From IMG/VR virus record IMGVR_UViG_3300032562_000011: 32,265 bases of DNA; one strand, written 5' to 3'. Positions 26,141-32,265 of this stretch are shown one piece after another. The stretch is from an uncultured virus (IMG/VR IMGVR_UViG_3300032562_000011). Lineage: Duplodnaviria; Heunggongvirae; Uroviricota; Caudoviricetes. The notes beneath the pieces were generated by a model. The model did not search any database. It was given only the letters and a program-made list of their open reading frames with translations, and was not told the DNA's origin. Positions within the stretch are counted from its first letter, which is position 1. Every line of letters starts with the position of its first letter. Made by a program: the position numbers and the translations under genes.

Positions 26141-26662
26141 TTATTCCTCTTCCTTTTCTTGTCGTGTTTCGTCATATTTTATTACTTCCGCGCTTAACAT
26201 GCAAGCAAGGACACTTTCTTTTAACTGCCTAAGGTTAGCGTAAATATCAAAATCTACTTTAGACTCTTTTGTAACTTTATCTAGTAAATACTCTAGCGGT
26301 GCTAACGAAACTGTATAGCCCTCCTCGTCTTTGTACTCTAAAGATAAGTTTTCTATAAAGTACGCCACTAGTAAGTCTGCTAGAGACACTTCCGTTTTGC
26401 TTTTATCTAGTCTACGTGCGCCGTCCTCAACGTACGTTAAATCTCTTAGAACGCCTGTTACTCGGTTACCGATAGGGGGTTCGGAATCATAATTAACATT
26501 AGTATGACGCCCGTGCTGGATAAGGTTATTTATATTATTCGCAATAATAGTATGTGCTTCCGCACTTAGGTTTCTATATGAGAGGTCTCTGTCTTTAGCA
26601 TAAGACGGGCGCGCGTGGTGAGGTTCGTCTCCCCACTGCTTACTAATATTACTTTTAGCCAT
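26141..26662 (-). CDS. hypothetical protein
   Basis: 173 aa ORF, TAATG coupling. Confidence 0.75.
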   Translation of the reverse strand: MAKSNISKQWGDEPHHARPSYAKDRDLSYRNLSAEAHTIIANNINNLIQHGRHTNVNYDSEPPIGNRVTGVLRDLTYVEDGARRLDKSKTEVSLADLLVAYFIENLSLEYKDEEGYTVSLAPLEYLLDKVTKESKVDFDIYANLRQLKESVLACMLSAEVIKYDETRQEKEEE

Positions 26663-26877
26663 TAGTTATGCCCTCTGCAATCACAACATTCCTCGCACCG
26701 TGTTGGCACATACACGCATTGGCGGATACCGTACTGTGCGCCTACTGTGCCCCGTTTAGGTGTGGCTTCTCCACACCTAGAGCATTCAATATAACAATCG
26801 TTGCACTCCCCGTTACAGCAAGCGCAAGCGTTCTCGTAAGCGACATGCTCGCATGCTTCATGGATAACCTTAGTCAT
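26662..26877 (-). CDS. very Cys-rich small protein (13 Cys in 71 aa)
   Basis: ACEH...CACC...C..C...C..C...C...C..CC.C..H; ATG 26877 fits the GGAG RBS. Confidence 0.7.
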   Translation of the reverse strand: MTKVIHEACEHVAYENACACCNGECNDCYIECSRCGEATPKRGTVGAQYGIRQCVYVPTRCEECCDCRGHN

Positions 26878-27055
26878 TTTTGATTTCTCCAAATTCTTTT
26901 AGAACCTCACGTAGCACGTCAATCGCGCCTCTGTAGTACTCATCTGACTCAAAGTGCTCGTCATCAGGTATCTCAACCCCTGTACGGGCTTCCTCCCACG
27001 CGACTTGCAGACTCCATGAACGTTCTTTTATATAATCAAGTACGTCTTTACTCAT
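26870..27055 (-). CDS. hypothetical protein
   Basis: 61 aa ORF, GGAGG RBS, ATGA overlap. Confidence 0.75.
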   Translation of the reverse strand: MSKDVLDYIKERSWSLQVAWEEARTGVEIPDDEHFESDEYYRGAIDVLREVLKEFGEIKND

Positions 27056-27261
27056 TTTAGTCCTCCCATATTTCTTCCGCCGTCAGAGTCTCTGACTATT
27101 ACTTGCTTAGTGACTTGCCTAAGGTTATCCCAACCGTAGTACTCTTGCATGAAAGTAAAGTATTCCTCTGCAATCTTTTCGCCGTCAGTTTCCTCGGTTG
27201 TTACGTCTCCAACTAATGAGAAGTAGTCACCTATAAATAGAACCGTATAATCTTTAGCCAT
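27052..27261 (-). CDS. hypothetical protein
   Basis: 69 aa ORF, AAGGA RBS. Confidence 0.75.
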   Translation of the reverse strand: MAKDYTVLFIGDYFSLVGDVTTEETDGEKIAEEYFTFMQEYYGWDNLRQVTKQVIVRDSDGGRNMGGLK

Positions 27262-27299
27262 TGTCCTTGCCCTTACGTTTAGTTTGCGGTTTGTTTGTG

Positions 27300-27446
27300 T
27301 TGAGTAGCCTTACCAGCAATAAGGTTGATATGGCTCTGCACGTCTCGGTTATCACCCCGACCGATTTTCGTACGAATGTCTGCGACTGAGGCAGACTACT
27401 CACGGCTCGTGCTCCAGTGTCCGTTGCTGTGCGCAAGGCTACTCAA
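27300..27446 (-). ncRNA. candidate structured non-coding RNA (147 nt)
   Basis: Perfect 12-bp terminal inverted repeat TTGAGTAGCCTT/AAGGCTACTCAA enclosing nested stems CAGCAA/TTGCTG, GCACG/CGTGC, GTCTGC/GCAGAC, TCGGT/ACCGA; fills the only large gap in the arm. Confidence 0.7.
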
Positions 27447-27459
27447 TTCTATTTAGTTT

Positions 27460-27933
27460 TTACCAACTACTCTGATAGTAGAACGTCCACCATTGCTCGC
27501 CCTCAGTCCACTTCAGCAGGTTCTCTAAGGTCTTGACGGTATCCTCTAACTGTTCGTAGTACCAGTTGTCGTACTCGGTATGACCGAAAAAGAATCCTTC
27601 CATAGCAGGAAGTAGTTCCTCTGTCTTAGTCTTATCCTTCAATACTTCTTGGCAGATATTAGATAGTTCCTTTAACTGCTCTCGCGTAACGTTAGCCTGC
27701 TGGCAATCATCTACACCACCCTGCACGTTTTTTACGAACCACTGATGGATAGCATTAGCCTTGCGCCAGTAACCTACCTTCAACTTTACTTCTGCCGAAG
27801 GCAAGTCTCTGTACTCAATGCCGTTAGCGCGTATCGCGGTAACAATATCTTGGTACTGTTGCTTCTCGTAATCGTCCGACCATTCGGCGCCCGATACGTA
27901 CTTCTCTGCGTATAGATACATGTCTAGTCCCAC
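27460..27933 (-). CDS. conserved phage protein of unknown function (MGLDMYL...YWRKANAIH type)
   Basis: MGLDMYL, YWRKANAIHQWF, LLP..GFFFG..EYD.WY, YYQSSW. Confidence 0.8.
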   Translation of the reverse strand: MGLDMYLYAEKYVSGAEWSDDYEKQQYQDIVTAIRANGIEYRDLPSAEVKLKVGYWRKANAIHQWFVKNVQGGVDDCQQANVTREQLKELSNICQEVLKDKTKTEELLPAMEGFFFGHTEYDNWYYEQLEDTVKTLENLLKWTEGEQWWTFYYQSSW

Positions 27934-28157
27934 TTGATGTTGCCCTTCTCTAGTTGGTTTAGTTTTCTTACTGCGTAGCCTACTTTGTCCGATAATTCGT
28001 TGTCAAGGTTTTCCACGCTTGGGTTGTATAACGGTTTGATAAACTTTTCGTTGTAGTAGATAGCACCGTCAGGGAAGACTGCGTTCTCTGTCTCCACGTC
28101 CCAGTCCCACTCTTTTCTTTTAGAATCGTATTTAATTATAAAGTGGTGGCTTGTCAT
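27924..28157 (-). CDS. hypothetical protein
   Basis: 77 aa ORF, ATGA overlap. Confidence 0.7.
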   Translation of the reverse strand: MTSHHFIIKYDSKRKEWDWDVETENAVFPDGAIYYNEKFIKPLYNPSVENLDNELSDKVGYAVRKLNQLEKGNIKWD

Positions 28158-28348
28158 AAGAACACCTTCTGACTGTCCTCTAAGTAGAACGAGTAATCAA
28201 TCGCGCTCTCTACTAGGTTTATCAAGTGAGGCACTTCCATAACCGTACTGTTTAATAGGCTAATGCTATCTTTCAGTTGGTTAAGCGTTTCTCGTAATAG
28301 GTCAGAGTAATCAATGGTTGATACCTGTACTTCAATAGGCTTATCCAT
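28154..28348 (-). CDS. hypothetical protein
   Basis: 64 aa ORF, AGGAGG RBS. Confidence 0.7.
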   Translation of the reverse strand: MDKPIEVQVSTIDYSDLLRETLNQLKDSISLLNSTVMEVPHLINLVESAIDYSFYLEDSQKVFL

Positions 28349-28353
28349 TAGCC

Positions 28354-28461
28354 CTAGTCCTCCTTGTTATATCGTAGGTACTCGTTGCGCTTATCGGCGC
28401 CTTCTGTGATTAGGCATGATATGAATACTGCTATCAATGCCCCTATAACTATCGCGGTCAT
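28354..28461 (-). CDS. 35-aa membrane-anchored peptide (not in ORF track)
   Basis: MTAIVIGALIAVFISCLITEGADKRNEYLRYNKED*; AGGAG RBS. Confidence 0.7.
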   Translation of the reverse strand: MTAIVIGALIAVFISCLITEGADKRNEYLRYNKED

Positions 28462-28494
28462 GGTTCTCCTATTAGAATCCCACTAGGGGGCAGA

Positions 28495-30372
28495 CTATCT
28501 GCCCCGTAGCGCTTCCTTGACTAGTTCCGTTGCGACACCGAGCACGTCGCTTGCTTTTGCTACAGTCTTGAATACCTTTGCGAAGTGTCGGATACTCTGT
28601 AACTGCTCTTTGGCTGACTTGTCGCCTGTGTTACTAGCCTCAATTATTTGGCGGTAGTACTCATAGTTACCAATAAAGACTACGCATGTGAGGATACCCT
28701 TAGCGTTCATCTCCTTGATAATGCTATTGCACTCGTCGCTCATTTCCCATTCGCCGTCGGTGACTATGAAGGCAATCTTGATAGCCTTCTTGCTGTTACC
28801 CAGTAGGCGTTGGCTCTCAATGAGGGCGCGGATAGGATTAGTGCTACCTCCCGATTGAACGTAGCGATAGTTGCTACCCTTAGCCTTCTCGTTGCGTGAG
28901 TACACTAAACGGCTCTCATGGTTGAAGGTATAGACGGTCACTGCACCGTCAATATTCTCAATGCCACGTTTGATAATCCATGCGTTCTCATTAACTGCGG
29001 TCATACGCCCACCCATAGAGGAGGAGTTATCCGTTAGGATTACTGCTTCAATGTCGGTGGCAGGGTTGCCTGTGTCCCATGTATCAAACATCTCACCGAT
29101 AGCATTAACGTCGGGAGTCATGGTACGAGAGACGTTGAGTTTCCCACTTGAATTGAACTTATCCCAATGGGGTTCGCTGTCTTTGGCGATACGTTCTAAT
29201 TGAATACCGAACCTACGCGCTAAGGCTACCGAGTTTGTTCTGGGCGCTTGGTCACGATAGATAGCGTTACGCATAGCACTACGGGTCTCGTCGCTATTGA
29301 TAATAGCCTTACGGGTCTCAGAGACTTCACGCTTTACGTCAGAGTCATCTCTAATCTCTTGAAGGCGTTCCTCAATAACCTTAGCAATCTTGGCGTCCTC
29401 CTCGGTGAAGTCTAAGTCCTCGCCCGTATATTCAGGAGAGTCCTTACCTCCAGCACCGATAGCAGGGGCGTTCAGTTGCTCTAATTCAGAACCTTCACCC
29501 TTGTTCTTATCTTGCAGTTGATTCTGTTCTTTCTGACCAGCAGGGCGCCCCTTTGTGCCTAGGCTTCGGTCTGTGTGAGGCGCTTTAGGGTTCTGCTCAT
29601 TAGGGTCATCAAACCCGATAATGTTAGCCATGCGTACGGCTATATCTTTAGCCTTATCAAAATCTGCAGGGAAGGCGAAGGCTTTGTAGGTATGAATAAG
29701 TAAGTGCATTTCCTCTGCTAAGGCTATGCCATGACGAGCGATAAACTTATCGGCAATCAACTGGCGCAACTCTAGCGGTAGGTACGTACGCCCCGTAGTG
29801 AGGTGAAAGTGTTCTCCCCATTCTTTGGAGTCACCCTTCAACACGTAGTCAAGGGTGCTTGCCTCTAGGAACACTTTGGTAGCAGGGTACTTGGCTGTAA
29901 GCAAGCCCTCTACACGTCCCTCCTCTAACACGTTGAGCGCATTGATAACCTTATTCTCTCTAGCCCACTTGCCTAGGTCACTGCCAGCACGTGGTGAGAA
30001 TAGGACGTGAGCAATCTCGTGGTAGTTCAAGCCGTTGAACGAGATAAGGCTATCGGTAGTCAAGTCCTCAATTAAGTCGGAATTGAATATGATTTCCTTG
30101 CCGTTGCTCATAGCCGTAGTGTTCATGTTAGGGTCAGACACCACCGAGACGGTGATGTCCTCTCCTGTGATAATCCTATCGGCACGCTGGTACACGGCAC
30201 TAACGGCGTTGAGTTTATCGGCTTGCTCTTGATAATCCTCTAGGATTTCCTCACGAGTACGCCCCCACTCATCTTGGTACTCAAACTCATTAGTATCAGG
30301 ATTGTACCGAGCAGATAGATTTCTGCTATCTTCTAGCGCCGATAACTCGTCGGTATTCTTTGAGTATCTCAT
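28495..30372 (-). CDS. zincin-like metallopeptidase + von Willebrand factor A domain protein (CobT-like architecture)
   Basis: YHEIAH (HExxH) and NVLEEGRVE; low-complexity linker; VWA MIDAS DNSSSM, GGST, IVTDG. Confidence 0.85.
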   Translation of the reverse strand: MRYSKNTDELSALEDSRNLSARYNPDTNEFEYQDEWGRTREEILEDYQEQADKLNAVSAVYQRADRIITGEDITVSVVSDPNMNTTAMSNGKEIIFNSDLIEDLTTDSLISFNGLNYHEIAHVLFSPRAGSDLGKWARENKVINALNVLEEGRVEGLLTAKYPATKVFLEASTLDYVLKGDSKEWGEHFHLTTGRTYLPLELRQLIADKFIARHGIALAEEMHLLIHTYKAFAFPADFDKAKDIAVRMANIIGFDDPNEQNPKAPHTDRSLGTKGRPAGQKEQNQLQDKNKGEGSELEQLNAPAIGAGGKDSPEYTGEDLDFTEEDAKIAKVIEERLQEIRDDSDVKREVSETRKAIINSDETRSAMRNAIYRDQAPRTNSVALARRFGIQLERIAKDSEPHWDKFNSSGKLNVSRTMTPDVNAIGEMFDTWDTGNPATDIEAVILTDNSSSMGGRMTAVNENAWIIKRGIENIDGAVTVYTFNHESRLVYSRNEKAKGSNYRYVQSGGSTNPIRALIESQRLLGNSKKAIKIAFIVTDGEWEMSDECNSIIKEMNAKGILTCVVFIGNYEYYRQIIEASNTGDKSAKEQLQSIRHFAKVFKTVAKASDVLGVATELVKEALRGR

Positions 30373-31781
30373 TAGATTGTCTCCACGTGGTAGCGGTCTG
30401 TGTCAGGGTGAGTAGGGATAGAGATATTTAGTTCGCTTGCAATATTATCCTTGAAGGTATCAACGGATAGTCTTACTGCACTACGCTCTTCCTTATTGAA
30501 TCCGTTCACGAACGAGGTCGAGGCGAAGTCAATACCGAATCGCTTGGCGTTCTTTACGTACTGCACGAGGGAGCGCGTTGAGATAGGAGTAGTAATCTCA
30601 TCTTTCTCAAATTGGTCACGCAACTTATCGGCTAGTACTAGTAGAGAGGCATTACCTACTACCTTCTTCTCAATAGCCTTATCGTATGGAAACTCTAACT
30701 TGATACCGAATCGGTCATTGAACGCTTGGTTGAGTTCTTGTGTCCCACGATAGCCGTAGTTCATGTCAGCCACGATAAGTAGGTCTTTGTGCGCCTTAAT
30801 GACCTCGCCACCATTCTCTAGGAGTTGAATCTCACGGCGATAGTCAAGGAGTGAGAACAATACAGTGCTAACCCTAGTAGGAAGGAAGTTCACCTCATTG
30901 AGGAGAAGTACGCCACCGTTACGAACGAGTTCGGTAACTGCACCGTCCTGCCAGCGATAGCCTTGCCCGTCAGCACGTGGAATCCAGCGCCCGAATAGTT
31001 GGCTTGGGTCAATACCGTTATTGTTGGACACGTTGAAGTAGCGGTAGCCACGAGCCGAGGCATATGACTGCACTGCAATAGTCTTACCCGAACCAGCGCC
31101 ACCTTCAATTAGAACGTTGTCGCCGTCAGTCAGAGCGCGGTCGAAAATATCCCAGTCAGTCTTGCCACCAAAACTGCGGTGAACGTACTCACGAGCCCAC
31201 TTTGGGTCAGGAATAGTAATCATGGATAAGGCTAGTTCACTTACACGATTGTCATTGGTAGCCACTTCCACCTTCTCATAGGTAGGGATTGTGGGTGCGG
31301 TCACGACGGAATCCGCGATTGTGGGAAGTACACCCTGCTCAGTTGAACGAGCGATAGGGTTAATAATCACGCCATTGGTACGGCGCTTGTCGGTGATATA
31401 CGCGGTGAGCGATTGGTCACCAGCGAATAGGGAGCCGATAATGTTAATGACTGCCTCACTGTGTGTGGAGGGCGCGGTAATGGGGGTAGCACTTTCACGT
31501 GCATATAGAGCCTTGACTGCAATATTAGTGACTAAGCCTAGTTCAACCATTTGTAGGTCACGGTCATTGAGGGCAACTGCTACGGGCTCAACTAGGAGTT
31601 CGGTGTGCGGTAGGTCATATTCAGTAACCTTATTCCATGTTTGACCCCTACCTTTGGAGCCATTGGACGTGCGGTGGTATAGTTCCACCGAGTCCTTGTA
31701 AGGGAATATAAGAGTCTGCGCTTCTGCAGGAATACCTTCTAATAGCCCTGCTGGGCTAGTAACGAGTAGTGCTAGTGACAT
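30372..31781 (-). CDS. MoxR-type AAA+ ATPase (CbbQ/NirQ/CobS-like) with long N-terminal extension
   Basis: VLIEGGAGSGKT, WQDGAVT, LLLNEVN, DMN.GYRGTQELNQAFNDRF, ISTR; TAATG coupling to the VWA gene. Confidence 0.9.
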   Translation of the reverse strand: MSLALLVTSPAGLLEGIPAEAQTLIFPYKDSVELYHRTSNGSKGRGQTWNKVTEYDLPHTELLVEPVAVALNDRDLQMVELGLVTNIAVKALYARESATPITAPSTHSEAVINIIGSLFAGDQSLTAYITDKRRTNGVIINPIARSTEQGVLPTIADSVVTAPTIPTYEKVEVATNDNRVSELALSMITIPDPKWAREYVHRSFGGKTDWDIFDRALTDGDNVLIEGGAGSGKTIAVQSYASARGYRYFNVSNNNGIDPSQLFGRWIPRADGQGYRWQDGAVTELVRNGGVLLLNEVNFLPTRVSTVLFSLLDYRREIQLLENGGEVIKAHKDLLIVADMNYGYRGTQELNQAFNDRFGIKLEFPYDKAIEKKVVGNASLLVLADKLRDQFEKDEITTPISTRSLVQYVKNAKRFGIDFASTSFVNGFNKEERSAVRLSVDTFKDNIASELNISIPTHPDTDRYHVETI

Positions 31782-31845
31782 TGTGTACTGCCTTCCTGTG
31801 CGCGGTCTGCGCGGTTATGAGGATTATGTTTAATCCAGTACCCGT

Positions 31846-31875
31846 ACTCTAATATAAGAGAGAGGGGGGAGTCCA
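31846..31875 (-). promoter_or_regulatory. possible promoter for the minus-strand arm
   Basis: TGGACT, 18 nt spacer, TAGAGT on the minus strand, about 65 nt upstream of the AAA start. Confidence 0.35.
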
Positions 31876-31893
31876 ATTAGAATGGCTATATTT

Positions 31894-31961
31894 GATAACG
31901 ATTAGATAACGATTTATAGCCCGTTCTGCAACGCCAGCCATATATAACAAATCGTTATAAT
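31894..31961. promoter_or_regulatory. cluster of AATCGTTAT motifs (GTTAY-n6-GTTAY, GlnR/MtrA-box-like)
   Basis: ATAACGATT at 31895-31903 and 31906-31914 (11-bp period), AATCGTTAT at 31950-31958; CAAATCGTTATAAT (31948-31961) recurs at 32219-32232. Confidence 0.55.
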
Positions 31962-32085
31962 AGAGGGTAATCCAGTAACCCTAGTTAATACATAGCAGAC
32001 GGGGCTAACCTTATGGGAATCTGGTCTTATCCGCGTTCAAGCCCCCTATAGCATAGACAGTAGCCTAAAGTCAATAGTGGGAGTG

Positions 32086-32101
32086 TGTGACGTCGCTCAC
32101 A
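32086..32101. promoter_or_regulatory. CRP-type operator
   Basis: TGTGA-CGTCGC-TCACA, an exact TGTGA-N6-TCACA match in non-coding DNA. Confidence 0.7.
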
Positions 32102-32168
32102 GCCCCCTATCTCTCTCTCCGAGAGCGCGCTAAGCCTATTCTAACTATTCTAATAGGACACTCTCTTC

Positions 32169-32207
32169 TCCCAGCAATCTCTCAGGATTCTCTCAGGTAA
32201 TCTACAG
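32169..32207 (+). promoter_or_regulatory. tandem TCTCAG-N5 repeats (MprA-box-like, OmpR-family spacing)
   Basis: TCCCAG-caatc-TCTCAG-gattc-TCTCAG-gtaat-CTACAG, 11-bp period. Confidence 0.6.
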
Positions 32208-32233
32208 TAGATTGTTACCAAATCGTTATAATT

Positions 32234-32255
32234 GACACGGCGTGTCGGCTTGACA
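32234..32255 (+). promoter_or_regulatory. inverted GACAC pair (WhiA-type motif) next to a TTGACA -35 element
   Basis: GACAC-GGC-GTGTC (32234-32246), then TTGACA (32250-32255); the -10 would lie beyond the window. Confidence 0.55.
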
Positions 32256-32265
32256 AATGTTTGTG

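Noticed and set aside
27369..27409. Resemblance of GAGCCGTGAG...CGTACG to group II intron domain V
   Set aside because: The GAGC has no pairing partner after the stem, there is no domain VI, and the element is far too short for an intron.
27254..27436. 60-aa minus-strand ORF MRTATDTG...
   Set aside because: No RBS, start codon lies inside the closing stem, and the nested base-pairing explains the sequence better as RNA structure.
28468..28478. 11-mer ATTCTAATAGG shared with 32147-32157
   Set aside because: A single 11-mer match is expected by chance in a window this size, and part of it is simply the RBS.
28495..31781. Cobalamin biosynthesis cobS/cobT call
   Set aside because: No cobN or other cob genes are present; phage MoxR-VWA pairs share the architecture without shown chelatase function.
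32003..32013. IdeR/DtxR box (GGCTAACCTTA)
   Set aside because: Only the right half matches; the left half of the 19-bp palindrome is absent.

Overview
A 32 kb segment of a tailed dsDNA phage, very probably infecting an actinobacterium (whiB, MSMEG_6728-type glycosylase, leaderless TANNNT promoters, actinobacterial-type operator motifs; the moderate GC would fit a freshwater lineage, which is inference). No structural, packaging, lysis or integrase genes are recognisable. The + strand arm (1-24.5 kb) carries replication and recombination genes: DnaB helicase, primase, dNMP kinase, SNF2 helicase, probable SSB, family A polymerase, RecA, two Holliday-junction resolvase-like genes, WhiB and a Cas4-like nuclease. 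It continues with SpoVS, a metallophosphoesterase, a run of small unknown genes, a nucleotidyltransferase / HAD-like / TGT-like module, a class II ribonucleotide reductase and a tRNA-Trp. This arm converges at a bidirectional terminator (~24.53 kb) with a - strand arm: a MoxR AAA ATPase, a zincin-VWA partner, a pyrimidine-dimer glycosylase and many small ORFs. The three most striking unexplained elements are (1) a 147-nt highly structured intergenic RNA candidate with two possible pseudoknots (27300-27446, - strand), (2) a ~370-bp non-coding region densely packed with apparent binding sites for several different host regulators (CRP, MprA-like, GlnR/MtrA-like, WhiA) at 31891-32255, and (3) the NTase plus apparently catalytically degenerate HAD-like and TGT-like module at 18292-22076. 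All protein calls come from motif recognition by eye; no database search was run.
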